From NCBI GenBank assembly GCA_035513175.1, contig DATKCN010000250.1:2468-66467 (forward strand): a DNA stretch of 64,000 nt. The letters run 5' to 3'. The DNA is from Thermomicrobiales bacterium (GTDB lineage: Bacteria > Chloroflexota > Chloroflexia > Thermomicrobiales > CFX8). Position 1 is the stretch's first letter. Each line of letters opens with the position of its first letter. The notes under the pieces were generated by a model, which was not told the origin of the DNA, did not search any database, and saw only the letters and a program-made list of their open reading frames with translations. Below are positions 8,577-18,112 of this stretch, piece by piece. Made by a program: the position numbers and the translations under genes.

Positions 8577-11327
8577 TCACAGGCCCGGCTCCATGCCGTA
8601 GCGCCAGATGAAGTAGTGCCGGCCGACGTTGCCGGCCTCGACCCGCCAGCCCTCCGGGTTGTCTGGCGTGTAGGTCAGGCAGCGGCGCTCGAAGCACTGG
8701 ACCAGCACGTCACGAGGCGCGCCGCCGACCTCCACCGTCGTCCAGTAGGCCTCGGCGAGTGGGTAGCCGGTGGCGTAGAACGGATTGAGGAACAGCGGGG
8801 CGGTCACGTATTCGCCATCTTCATAGACCAGCCCGCTGGAGTTCATGAACTCCCAGAACGTCGACGCGACCTGATGGTCGATGCCGTACACCGTCACGCG
8901 GTGGACCGCCGTGACGCCGTAGGACGCGAAGACCGGATCGTCCGTCACCGTGCCGTCACGCGCAACACGCTGCGTCAGGAGCGCGCCATCGTCGGCGGCC
9001 GGAGCGGACCGCAGCGGGCCGAAGGTCGCGTAAGTTGGCCCCTGCTGATCGCCGGGGTCGCCCGCGACGTTGACCTCGGCGGGAGAGCGCTGCTCGAAGT
9101 CGTCATCGCCGACCTGCATCAGTCCCGAGATCAGCTCGACGACCAGCAGCCCGTTCGTCACGTACCAGTCGGCGGTTGGATCACCGTCCGGAAAGCGGAC
9201 CTCCATGCGGCTCTTGTCCGCATATTTCACCGCGCGCTGCTGGCCGGGCGACTCGCTGTACGCCTCGAAGAACGGGCCGGCGATCGGCTTGTCTCCCCAG
9301 ATCCAGGTGCGGCCAACTAGTAGCAGCATCACTGGCAGATCGGTGCGGTTCCAGACATCCTGGAACGCGGGGTAGTCCGGCGCGGGCTGGAACGAAACGC
9401 CGACCGTGAAGGTCACCGCATTCGAGATCCCGCCGCCGGGTTCGGGGCTGAACACCGTGACGACCGCCGAGCCGCCGACGGCCACGTCCGCGGCGCTCAG
9501 CTCGGCGCGCAGCTCCGTCGCGCTGATGAACGCTGTCGGTCGATCGCTGTCGTTCCAGCGCACGATCGACCCCGGCACGAAGCCAGCGCCGAGCACCGTG
9601 ACGACGATCGCCCCGACGCCGGGCGCGGCGGACGAAGGCGTGACGCCGCCGACCGACGGCAGCGGGTTGCCGGCCCCGTCAATAGCTGGTAGCTGCGCCA
9701 GCCCATAGCCCCAGACGTTGTTCGGGTTGGCCGCGCCGTTCGCGTTCAGCTTGAGGTAGTTCGCGATCTCGGTCGGGCCGAAGGCGGGGTAGCGCTGCCT
9801 GACCAGCGCCGCCAGGCCCGCGACGTGCGGCGACGCCTGACTGGTGCCGTGAAAGCCCGAGGGGCCATACGAGGCCGTGTCCGCCGAATCGATGCCCACC
9901 ACGTCCGGCTTAATGCGCCCGTCGCGGGTCGGTCCCTGGCTACTGTAAGGCGCGATGACGTGCGGCGTCGTCCACGGCGTGGCGCCGACTGCCAGCAGGC
10001 CGGGATTGCCGCTTTCGGCCGGATTGGTGATGCTGTTACTGGGCGACCCATACTGGAGCGGCTCGCCGGTGAACGCCTGCAGCTGAATCCAGGCTGGCGC
10101 GGCGCCGCTGTAATGCACGATTGTCGCGTAAACCACGCCCGACGATGTGGGCACGTACCGGATGCGTTCGTAGGGCTCGTGACCCGCCGCGCCCGACTGC
10201 TCCATCTGGCTGTTGCGCAACACGTCCCCGTTGCCGTTCACGAGAAACAGGTCGAGGTCGATTCCCGCGTTCGTCCAGCTGTCGTCCCAGCGCAGGTACA
10301 GGATAAGCTCGCGGCCGGCATGGACCGAAACGCCGTTGGCCTCGATGGCTGGCGCGAATTCGAGTGTCTTGTCGCCGTCAACGTCCGAGTAGGCGCCACT
10401 CCAACTGCTCAGGGCTTCGTTGCCAGCCGCGTTGACCCATGTCATGCCCGCTGCCACCGCGCTGTTGACCGCCGCGAGCGTGCCGTCAGTGCGGGGGGAC
10501 GTGCCGTCCCCCGGCCCCTCGTAGCCCCAGCCGACCGAGTGATTGATGATCGTCACCCCCTGCGACGCCATCCAGGCAACTGTGGTGTGCAGGTCGACGC
10601 GTGTAAGCGGATTGGAAATATAGATCGCCGCGTCCGGCGCGACGTCGACCACCGTCTCGGTCACCGCCGTCCCGTGGACGCCGTAGCGCTCGCAGTCGGA
10701 CACGTTGGCCGTGGCCGTGCCAACCACCTGGTAGCAATGCGCGACCGGAACCGGCAGTTCAGAGCCGATCAACGCGCTGAAACCCTCAAACCCGATGTCG
10801 ATGACGCCAACCTTGACGCCCGCTCCGGTGAAGCCGCTGGCGGTCCAATCCGGGACGCCGTGGATGGCCACCCCCTGACTCGTTTTCGCCAGCGGGATCG
10901 GCGGCTCCAGCTCGCGCACCGTGAGCACGCCCGGCAGGTCCGCGATGCCGATCAGCTCGCCGGCAGGCGCGTAGGCCTCCACGGTCTGTTCGCCGGTGTT
11001 TGCGATCAGCGCGCCGCGCGCCGCCATCGCGTCCGCGACCAGTGTGGGGTCGCCGCCTACTCGCACGGTCACAGCCACGAGCGACGCGCTGTTTTCGCTG
11101 TTTTCATCGAGGGCGTTGGCCGAGAGCGTGTCCGCCTGCTCGATCAGTTCCATCAATTGTGAATCGAGCTTCGGGTGCTTGAAACGCTCCGCGTAGCCCT
11201 CGATGCGCAGCGACCGAGGCGGGCGGCCGTGATCGTCCGCCCCGGCCCCGGACGGGGGCAGGGCGGACAGTATGAACAGCAGCATGACGGCGACGAGAGA
11301 CAGCGAGCGACGAGCGCCGGTCTGCAC
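8577..11327 (-). CDS. Secreted subtilisin-like serine protease (S8) with IPT/TIG-like domain and unassigned C-terminal module
   Basis: GTG start 11327 with GGAAGGA upstream. Signal peptide MQTGARRSLSLVAVMLLFILSALPPSGAGA. Triad contexts VGVIDIG (Asp), HGTAV (His), GTSQASPHVAG (Ser). Ig-like VTPSSAAPGVGAIVVTVLGAGF... The last ~244 aa (nt 8580..9311) are shared with the next gene. Confidence 0.85.
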   Translation of the reverse strand: MQTGARRSLSLVAVMLLFILSALPPSGAGADDHGRPPRSLRIEGYAERFKHPKLDSQLMELIEQADTLSANALDENSENSASLVAVTVRVGGDPTLVADAMAARGALIANTGEQTVEAYAPAGELIGIADLPGVLTVRELEPPIPLAKTSQGVAIHGVPDWTASGFTGAGVKVGVIDIGFEGFSALIGSELPVPVAHCYQVVGTATANVSDCERYGVHGTAVTETVVDVAPDAAIYISNPLTRVDLHTTVAWMASQGVTIINHSVGWGYEGPGDGTSPRTDGTLAAVNSAVAAGMTWVNAAGNEALSSWSGAYSDVDGDKTLEFAPAIEANGVSVHAGRELILYLRWDDSWTNAGIDLDLFLVNGNGDVLRNSQMEQSGAAGHEPYERIRYVPTSSGVVYATIVHYSGAAPAWIQLQAFTGEPLQYGSPSNSITNPAESGNPGLLAVGATPWTTPHVIAPYSSQGPTRDGRIKPDVVGIDSADTASYGPSGFHGTSQASPHVAGLAALVRQRYPAFGPTEIANYLKLNANGAANPNNVWGYGLAQLPAIDGAGNPLPSVGGVTPSSAAPGVGAIVVTVLGAGFVPGSIVRWNDSDRPTAFISATELRAELSAADVAVGGSAVVTVFSPEPGGGISNAVTFTVGVSFQPAPDYPAFQDVWNRTDLPVMLLLVGRTWIWGDKPIAGPFFEAYSESPGQQRAVKYADKSRMEVRFPDGDPTADWYVTNGLLVVELISGLMQVGDDDFEQRSPAEVNVAGDPGDQQGPTYATFGPLRSAPAADDGALLTQRVARDGTVTDDPVFASYGVTAVHRVTVYGIDHQVASTFWEFMNSSGLVYEDGEYVTAPLFLNPFYATGYPLAEAYWTTVEVGGAPRDVLVQCFERRCLTYTPDNPEGWRVEAGNVGRHYFIWRYGMEPGL

Positions 11328-11488
11328 GATGATGGTCCTTCCGAGGGCGCTCGCTTATGCCGGTTGCGCCGGAAAACACTAAGCGTAACCCGTCACGTGT
11401 CTCCGAGACAATAGGACGTTGGGGATGATTTTTCAGTTGACAGGCTGACGGGGTCACTGCCGCCAGGCCGGGGGCAGCTATCACTCGC

Positions 11489-13531
11489 CTAGTATTCGGT
11501 CAGGCGCGGCGGGAGCCTTCTGGGGATCAGTGGCGATGCGGGAAACGAGGACAGCGTTGGGTTCGGGGCTGACTGCGCCGTCTGGTAGCGCCAGGCGTAG
11601 TAATGCTGGCCGACGTTGCCCATCTCGACGTGCCAGCCGGGGCTGTTGGCTGGCGTGTAGGTCATGCAGCGGCGCTCGAAGCACTGGATCAGCACGTCGC
11701 GATAGACGTTGGCGACCTTCACCCGTGCCCAGAACCCCTCGGTGACTGGCAGGCCGGTGGCGTAGAACCACGGCTCAAACAACGGTCCCTCGATCAACGC
11801 GCCGTCGACGTCGACCAATCCGTGGCTGTTCAGGTATTCCCAGAAGACGCTCGCGACGCGATGACCCGTCTCCGGCACGAAGTAGACGGCCGTGACGCCG
11901 TAGCCCGCGAAGCGCGAGTCGGCGCCGACGCGTCCGGCGCGGTCGATGGTGAGCACGATGGCGTTGTCCTGCTCTATCGCCGGCATGTTCAGCAGGCCGC
12001 TGAATGACGCATAGGTAGGCCCTGCCGCGTCGTCCGGATCTCCCGCAACGTTGACGACCGCGGGCGAGCGGGGTTCGAACAGCGCGTCCCCAAGCTGGAG
12101 CTGCCCGGAGATCAGCTCGCTGACCAGCAGGCCGTTCGTCACGTACCAGCGGTCAGAGCGGTCGTGGAGCGGGTCGGTGACCTCCATGCGGCTCTTGTCG
12201 AAGTAATAGATGAGGCGTGTGCCGTGTTGCGCCTCCGCATACGGCTCGTAGGCGTGGGTATTGGGGCCAACACCCCACAGCCATGTGCGGCTGGCGGCGC
12301 CGCTCGCGACCGGATTGTCCGTGACGCGCCAGGTGGCGTGCATCGGGCCGTAGACCGCGCCGCGGACGGCGGCCTCGACGTTGACCTGCCCCGCGCCCGT
12401 GCCGGCCACCGGGCCGCTGGGGGACACCGGCATGGCGGTCGTCGTCAACGCGCTGCGCACCTCGTCCGCGCCATACTCAGGCGCGACCGACTTCAGCAGC
12501 GCCGCCGCGCCGGAGATCATCGCGGCCGAGAATGAGGTGCCGGTCACCGGCCGAGAATCGGAATAGAACACATCCGACCAGTAGTCCCCGAAGAACTCGT
12601 CCCAGCCGGGCGAGAAGATCGACTCGCCGGGGGCCGCGATGTCGACGCGGGTGACTCGCGAGGTGAACGCTGTCGGCTGGCCGGTCGCCGTCAGTGCGCC
12701 GACGGAGATCGTTTCCGCGTAGTGGGCCGGGTAGCTGATGCCGCTGACCTGGTTGCCGGCCGCCGCGACGACGATGACGCCCTGCGACGTTGCGTACTGG
12801 ATTGCTTCGCGCTCGAGCTGGATGTACTCGTCGGAGCCGAGACTCAGGTTGATAACGTCCGCGCCGTTGTCGACCGCCCAGTAGATGGCCGCGATTTCGT
12901 CGGCGACGCTGATCTCGCCCTGCTCGCTGACGACCCGGATCGGCATGACACGCACGTCCATCGCGACGCCGGCGGTGCCGACATCGTTCGCGCCCTGGGC
13001 GGCTATGATGCCGGCCACGTGCGTGCCGTGCCCACTGATGTCGGCGGTGTTCGCGCTGCCGTCGATGACGTTGAAGCCGGCGACCATGCGGCCCGCGAGG
13101 TCCGGATGTGTCGGGCTGACCCCGCTGTCGATCACGGCGACGATAACCGTGTCACGTCCGGTGGTGATGTCCCACGCCCCTGGGGCGTGGATGCTGTTCA
13201 GCCACCAGGACTGGTTGTCGTACGCCTCGTCGGTTGGTTCCCAGGCGAGGTAGCGGCGGACGTTCGGTTCGACGATATCGACGCCGGGATCGGCGATCAG
13301 CATGCGATAGGCCCGCTCGGCGGCCCGAGCGTCATCGTAGGTCAGCACGACGATCGACGAGGGAGTGTCGCTGAAGCGCACGAGCAGTTCGCTGGCAGGG
13401 AAGGTAGATGCGGAAGCGGCCGCCTGCCGGGGGCTGACGGCGCCGAAGCCGAGCACGCAGCCGATCAGCAGTAGCGCGATGATCGCGACATGCGTCCGCC
13501 GGGTCGTGTCCGGCACTCGTCGTCTCGCCAT
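11489..13531 (-). CDS. Secreted subtilisin-like serine protease (S8), paralog, with the same unassigned C-terminal module
   Basis: ORF 11489..13588 trimmed to ATG 13531, with GGGAGGG 4 nt upstream. MARRRVPDTTRRTHVAIIALLLIGCVLGF is a signal/anchor. Triad contexts VAVIDSGV, HGTHVAG, GTSFSAAMISG. The C-terminal ~266 aa (nt 11492..12289) are homologous to 8580..9311. Confidence 0.85.
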   Translation of the reverse strand: MARRRVPDTTRRTHVAIIALLLIGCVLGFGAVSPRQAAASASTFPASELLVRFSDTPSSIVVLTYDDARAAERAYRMLIADPGVDIVEPNVRRYLAWEPTDEAYDNQSWWLNSIHAPGAWDITTGRDTVIVAVIDSGVSPTHPDLAGRMVAGFNVIDGSANTADISGHGTHVAGIIAAQGANDVGTAGVAMDVRVMPIRVVSEQGEISVADEIAAIYWAVDNGADVINLSLGSDEYIQLEREAIQYATSQGVIVVAAAGNQVSGISYPAHYAETISVGALTATGQPTAFTSRVTRVDIAAPGESIFSPGWDEFFGDYWSDVFYSDSRPVTGTSFSAAMISGAAALLKSVAPEYGADEVRSALTTTAMPVSPSGPVAGTGAGQVNVEAAVRGAVYGPMHATWRVTDNPVASGAASRTWLWGVGPNTHAYEPYAEAQHGTRLIYYFDKSRMEVTDPLHDRSDRWYVTNGLLVSELISGQLQLGDALFEPRSPAVVNVAGDPDDAAGPTYASFSGLLNMPAIEQDNAIVLTIDRAGRVGADSRFAGYGVTAVYFVPETGHRVASVFWEYLNSHGLVDVDGALIEGPLFEPWFYATGLPVTEGFWARVKVANVYRDVLIQCFERRCMTYTPANSPGWHVEMGNVGQHYYAWRYQTAQSAPNPTLSSFPASPLIPRRLPPRLTEY

Positions 13532-13615
13532 GTCCCTCCCTGATCCGCCCACCCGGACCAGCCACGATTTTCTCACACGGCGGCGCAATGGTCTAGCGGA
13601 AGCTCTGCGACATGG

Positions 13616-14530
13616 CTAGGCATCCTGCTCGTCGGACCGAGGGTCGAGCAGCCCGAGTCTGGCCGCGGCGGACGCGTCGGTGGCGGACCAGCAGCGATCT
13701 TCGTAGCAGGTTCGGATCACCGAGACGGCGGCCTCGATCGAATCGGTCACGATCAGGCGGGTGAGGTCCTCCGGCGAGATTTTGCCTTCCGCCAGCATCG
13801 TGTCACGAATCCAGCCGACTAACCCGTTCCAATACCGAGAGCCGAACAGGATGATAGGAAAGTTGTGGATCTTACCGGTCTGCACGAGGGTGAGCGATTC
13901 GAACAGCTCGTCGAGCGTGCCGAATCCGCCGGGAGAGATGACGAACGCCTCCGCGTATTTGACGAACATCGTCTTTCGGACGAAGAAGTAGCGGAAGTCG
14001 ACCGCGATCTCGACGTAGGGATTCATCCCCTGCTCGAACGGCAGCTCGATGTTGCAGCCGATTGACTGTCCCGCGGCGTCAACCGCGCCGCGATTCCCGG
14101 CCTCCATGATGCCCGGCCCGCCGCCGGTGATTATGGCGAATCCCTCGCGGGATAGCGTGGCGGCCAGTTCGCGGGCGGCCAGATACATCGGATCGTCCTC
14201 GGTGACGCGCGCGGAGCCGAAGATCGTCACCGCCTTGCCTATCTCCGCGAGCGCGTCGAAGCCGGCGACGAATTCGCCCATGATGCGCAGCACCCGCCAC
14301 GGGTCGGAACTGACGAACGCGCTGTCGGGGCGTTGCTCGCCGGGGCTTTCCAGCAGCCGCTCGTCCTCGGTCGGCTTGCCCGCGCGCGTCGCGCTGTTCA
14401 GGTTCGGATTGTCGATCTGTGCCGGACGGTCCGCCCAGCTCGGCGGCACGCGGCGGCCCCGCGCGCGGCTGTTTGTCCCGGCCCGCGCGTCGCGCTGTGC
14501 CCCTTGGTCCGTCTCGTCGCTCGCCGCCAT
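13616..14530 (-). CDS. LOG family protein (cytokinin riboside 5'-monophosphate phosphoribohydrolase-like / TIGR00730-type)
   Basis: Motifs GGGPGIMEA and PGGFGTLDELFE. There is a ~90-aa low-complexity N-terminal extension. The start is uncertain: ATG 14530 is chosen, and the ORF-track TTG at 14578 is the alternative. Confidence 0.8.
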   Translation of the reverse strand: MAASDETDQGAQRDARAGTNSRARGRRVPPSWADRPAQIDNPNLNSATRAGKPTEDERLLESPGEQRPDSAFVSSDPWRVLRIMGEFVAGFDALAEIGKAVTIFGSARVTEDDPMYLAARELAATLSREGFAIITGGGPGIMEAGNRGAVDAAGQSIGCNIELPFEQGMNPYVEIAVDFRYFFVRKTMFVKYAEAFVISPGGFGTLDELFESLTLVQTGKIHNFPIILFGSRYWNGLVGWIRDTMLAEGKISPEDLTRLIVTDSIEAAVSVIRTCYEDRCWSATDASAAARLGLLDPRSDEQDA

Positions 14531-14816
14531 TGCGTTGTCCAGTCCTGATCGACCGTGCTCCGCGCCTGTCGCGGTCAATTGTACGTTCTGCGTCCCTGGC
14601 GATTAGCACATTCGAGACCGCCGCGGGCGCGACTCGCTTCCGGCCTGACAGCCAACGCCGACGCGTGGGATACTTCGCCGCCTGGATCGCGCCCCGGCCG
14701 TGGTGGGGAATAGTGGCGCTGGCGCGCGCGTTCGACCAGGACAGCCAGGCATAGTTGTGCAAGCGACACGCGCATTGCGCCGTCGTGCCGGTATGCATGT
14801 GAGGATGGGGAGCCGC

Positions 14817-16016
14817 GTGAAGCTGTACGACACGATGTCCGGCAGGAAGCTGGATTTTACACCGCTCGACGGACACACCGTCCGCATGTACGTCTGCGGC
14901 GTCACTCCCTACGACACGACCCACGTCGGGCACGCGATGACCTATCTGACGTTCGACGTGCTCAATCGCTACTGCCAGCACATCGGCTGGCGAGTGAAGT
15001 ACGTCCAGAACGTGACCGACATCGACGACGACATACTCAAGCGGGCGAAGCGGGACGACGACCAGTGGGATCTGCTTGGCGACCGGCACACGCGGCGTCT
15101 CGTCGAGGATCTCTCGGCGCTGAACGTGCTCTGGCCGCAGGTGTTCCCGCGCGCCAGCGAGGAGGTCGAACAGATTGTCGAGCTGACCTCGGCGCTGGTG
15201 GCCGGCGGCTACGCCTACGAATGCGGTGGGAACGTCTACTTCCGTGTCGCGGCGGACGAGGATTATGGCGCGCTCTCCGGGCACAGCTCCGAGGAAATGC
15301 TCGCGCTGTCGCGAGAGCGGGGCGCCGACCCCGACGACCCCCGCAAGGAAGGCCCGCTCGATTTCATCCTCTGGCAGGGGCAGCAACCCGGCGAGCCTGC
15401 CTGGGACAGCCCCTGGGGACCGGGTCGTCCCGGCTGGCACATTGAGTGCTCCGCGATGGCGATGCGCTACCTGGGACCGCGGATCGACGTGCACGGCGGG
15501 GGCAGCGACCTGATCTACCCGCATCATGAAAGCGAGATCGCGCAATCACAGCACGCCTCCGGCGAGGCGCCGTTCTGTCAGGTCTGGATGCATGTCGGCA
15601 TGGTGTGCTACCAGGGCGAGAAGATGAGCAAGTCTCTGGGCAACCTGGTGCTGGCCCGCAACGTGATGCGCGTGCATTCGCCGGACGCGTTGCGCCTCTA
15701 CCTGCACTCCAACCACTACCGGGAGTCCTGGAACTACCGCGACACGGGCCCGGCCGAGTTCGAAGGGCTGGCGAGCCTTATGAAGGAGGCGGCGCATCTC
15801 GATTCGCGCCACGGCGACGATTTCGACGGCGCTGGCTTCGAGCGACGCTTCTTCGCCGCGATCGAGGACGATCTGAACACGCCGGCGGCGCTCGACATCC
15901 TGCGCGACATGGCGACCGACATCATCGTCAGCGCCGCCGAGGGCCGCAACGTGCGCGCGGCCCAGGCGCGGCTGCGCACGACGGCCGGCATCCTCGGAGT
16001 CCAGAGCGTGCGGTAG
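14817..16016 (+). CDS. Cysteinyl-tRNA synthetase family protein, short form lacking the C-terminal anticodon-binding domain (CysS/MshC-like)
   Basis: ORF 14700..16016. I prefer GTG 14817 (MKLYDTMSGRKLDF...) with GGGGAG 4 nt upstream. Class-I signatures HVGH and KMSKS. Zn/Cys-site contexts YVCGVTPYD, GWHIECSAM, YPHHESEIAQS. It ends ~30 aa after the DDLNTPAAL helix (about 399 aa, versus ~460 aa for canonical CysS as I recall). Confidence 0.8.
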   Translation: MKLYDTMSGRKLDFTPLDGHTVRMYVCGVTPYDTTHVGHAMTYLTFDVLNRYCQHIGWRVKYVQNVTDIDDDILKRAKRDDDQWDLLGDRHTRRLVEDLSALNVLWPQVFPRASEEVEQIVELTSALVAGGYAYECGGNVYFRVAADEDYGALSGHSSEEMLALSRERGADPDDPRKEGPLDFILWQGQQPGEPAWDSPWGPGRPGWHIECSAMAMRYLGPRIDVHGGGSDLIYPHHESEIAQSQHASGEAPFCQVWMHVGMVCYQGEKMSKSLGNLVLARNVMRVHSPDALRLYLHSNHYRESWNYRDTGPAEFEGLASLMKEAAHLDSRHGDDFDGAGFERRFFAAIEDDLNTPAALDILRDMATDIIVSAAEGRNVRAAQARLRTTAGILGVQSVR

Positions 16017-16079
16017 ACGAACCCCGCAGAATGCTTCGCGTGTTTGCGATCTCGTTCATTGAGTGGCTTGAGTGCGACG

Positions 16080-16385
16080 ATGGCAGCGCAGTGGTTTCGG
16101 TCACAGTGGGGCGCCGCCCTGCTGGTCGTGGTGGCCGGGTCTGTCTTCTATTTGAGCTGGCTCTCGACCGAGCGCGGTCTGCTCGGGCTATTCGTACTGG
16201 CTGCCTTTTCTGGAGTCGCCGGTGACCTCGTCTTTCGCTCGCGGGGCGTGACGCCGTTCCTCGTTATCCTCGCCCTGGGATGGCCTGCCGTGGGTTTCCT
16301 GGCAGTGGCCCCCGTGTTCCTGGTAGTCGAGCTAGGCGCGCGTCGGTTGTGGCCTGGCCGAATGGGCGGATACTGGCGCCTGTGA
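16080..16385 (+). CDS. Small hypothetical membrane protein (3 predicted TM helices)
   Basis: ORF 16044..16385, with ATG 16080 chosen (MAAQWFRSQWGAALLVVVAGSVFYLSW...). Three hydrophobic stretches and GC-rich third positions. No clear SD and no recognisable family. Confidence 0.4.
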   Translation: MAAQWFRSQWGAALLVVVAGSVFYLSWLSTERGLLGLFVLAAFSGVAGDLVFRSRGVTPFLVILALGWPAVGFLAVAPVFLVVELGARRLWPGRMGGYWRL

Positions 16386-16404
16386 TGGAACCACGTCGGG
16401 GGCG

Positions 16405-17826
16405 ATGATGGATTTGCCGGTCCTGCTCGAGCGTTCGTCGACTCAGCCGCTCCAAAGCCAGCTCACGGAACAGATGCGGCGCGCGATTCTCGACGGTCGG
16501 CTGGCGGCCGGCACGCGGCTGCCATCGACGCGGGTGCTGTCAAAGGAGATCGGCGTCTCGCGCAACGTGGCGCTGGCCGCCTACGATGAGCTGTTCGCCG
16601 ATGCCTATGTCGAGGGGCGGCACGGCTCCGGCACGCTCGTCTCCGGGGATCTGCCGCCCCTGCCCAGGCCGTCGCTGCCCGTGCCGCTCGGCTCGCCGCG
16701 CTGGCTGCGCCCGATCACGCCGTTGCCGGACCTGGAGGTAGACGTTCCGGGCGCCATCGAGTTCCGGCTCGGCAAGCCGTAACCGACGGATTTGCCGCGC
16801 GATGTCTGGCGGCGAGTCTGGAACGATGTTGCGGGCCAGTTGCCCCCCTCCGACTACGGCGCCCCGGCCGGCGACCCTGAGCTGCGCGAGGCGATCGCGG
16901 GCTACCTGCGTCGCTGGCGGGGCGTGGCCTGCGGCGCGGGGGACGTGGTCGTGACGGCGGGCGCGATTCAGGCCGTCGACCTGATCGCGCGGGCTATTAT
17001 CGAGCCGGGGGACACGGTCGGTTTCGAGGAGCCGGGCTATCCATTGGCGCGCCAGGCGCTCCAGGCGCGCGGGGCGAAACTGTTGCCGGTCCAGGTCAAT
17101 CACGACGGGATGCAGGTGGATCTCATTCCGAGCGGTCCGGGCGCGCCGATCTTCGTCTACGTCACCCCGTCGCACCAGTACCCGCTGGGGGCGCGCATGC
17201 CGGTTGGCCGTCGGATGGCGCTGTTGGAATGGGCGCGCGCCAATGACGCGCTGGTCGTCGAAGACGACTACGACAGCGTATTCCGCTTCGACGCGCCGCC
17301 GTTGCAGGCGCTGGCTGGGCTGGACGACGGCGGTCGGGTCGCGTACATCGGGACGTTCTCGAAGGTGCTGTCACCGGCGTTGCGGGTCGGCTACCTGGTC
17401 GTGCCGCCCCCACTGCGGGAACGCGTGGAGCACTTCAAGCGCATCAGCGACTTTCACGCGTCGTGGCCGCTGCAGCGGGCGCTGCCGGCGTTCGTTCGGG
17501 AAGGCCACCTGGAGCGCCACATCCGCCGCATGCGCCGCCACTGCGGGGACAAGCGCCAGGCGCTGAGCGCGACGCTCGCGCCGGTGTCCGATGTCGCGCG
17601 GCCACGGGGACTGGAGGCGGGCCTGCACGAGTTCCTCGAACTTGACGCGACGGTCGATCCCGTCCCGTTGTCGCGAGCAGGGCGTGATCGTCAGCACCGT
17701 CCACCCGTATTGCATGCCCGGCAACGTCCCGGCCTGTTGCTGGGCTACGGTGGGCTGACCATCGACGAGATCAACGCGGGAGGGCGCGTCCTGGCGGCGA
17801 CGATCCGTGCCGCCGCGGCGGGATGA
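16405..17826 (+). pseudogene. MocR/PdxR-type regulator (GntR wHTH + class-I aminotransferase-like domain), disrupted
   Basis: ORFs 16405..16782 and 16792..17826 are in the same frame, separated by TAA 16780..16782 (...FRLGKP*PTDLPRDVWRRVW). The N-terminus has a GntR HTH (LPSTRVLSKEIGVSRNVALAAYDEL). The C-terminal domain has YVTPSHQYPLG and GTFSKVLSPALRVGY (PLP Lys). Around 17672..17731 the family-like sequence REQGVIVSTVHPYCMPGNVP is read in a different frame from the ORF, implying two compensating indels. Confidence 0.7.
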
Positions 17827-17831
17827 GGAAT

Positions 17832-17861
17832 AGCCGGTCCGCCATGCAAGGCGGACCGGCT
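17832..17861. terminator. Bidirectional hairpin between convergent genes (12-bp perfect stem)
   Basis: AGCCGGTCCGCC-atgcaa-GGCGGACCGGCT, starting 6 nt after the MocR-like stop and 27 nt from the csp stop. No strong U-tract, which is common in GC-rich genomes. Confidence 0.55.
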
Positions 17862-17887
17862 GATCCTGACGGGCGTGCGCTACGTGC

Positions 17888-18112
17888 TTACTCGTCGAGG
17901 ATGGAGACGTTTACCGCGCGGCGCCGGCTGGCGTCACGGGGATCTGGCTCCTCGTCGAAGCTGACTCGCTGCCCCTCGCGGAGGCTGTCGAAGCCCATGC
18001 CGTCGACGGCGGAGCTGTGGAAAAACACGTCGTTGCGGCCTGCCGTGCCATCAGGCGTGATGAACCCGAATCCCTTGTCATCACGGATGGTCTTGATCGT
18101 TCCCGTTGCCAT
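17888..18112 (-). CDS. cspA: Cold-shock protein (CspA family, CSD) with short acidic/basic C-terminal tail
   Basis: ORF trimmed to ATG 18112 ([22 protein letters not shown]...VFFHSSAV), with AAGGGA upstream. RNP1-like KGFGFI and RNP2-like VFFH motifs. Confidence 0.9.
   Translation of the reverse strand: MATGTIKTIRDDKGFGFITPDGTAGRNDVFFHSSAVDGMGFDSLREGQRVSFDEEPDPRDASRRRAVNVSILDE

Noticed and set aside
14579-14816. T-box or other riboswitch leader upstream of the CysS-like gene.
   Set aside because: I could not find the conserved T-box sequence (AANNNGGGTGGTACCGCG-like) or a specifier/terminator arrangement. There is only generic GC-rich sequence in a divergent promoter region.
14079-15545. 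488-aa minus-strand ORF overlapping the LOG and CysS-like genes.
   Set aside because: It is antisense to the CysS-like gene and out of frame with LOG. It is Arg/Gly/Pro-rich with no recognisable domain.
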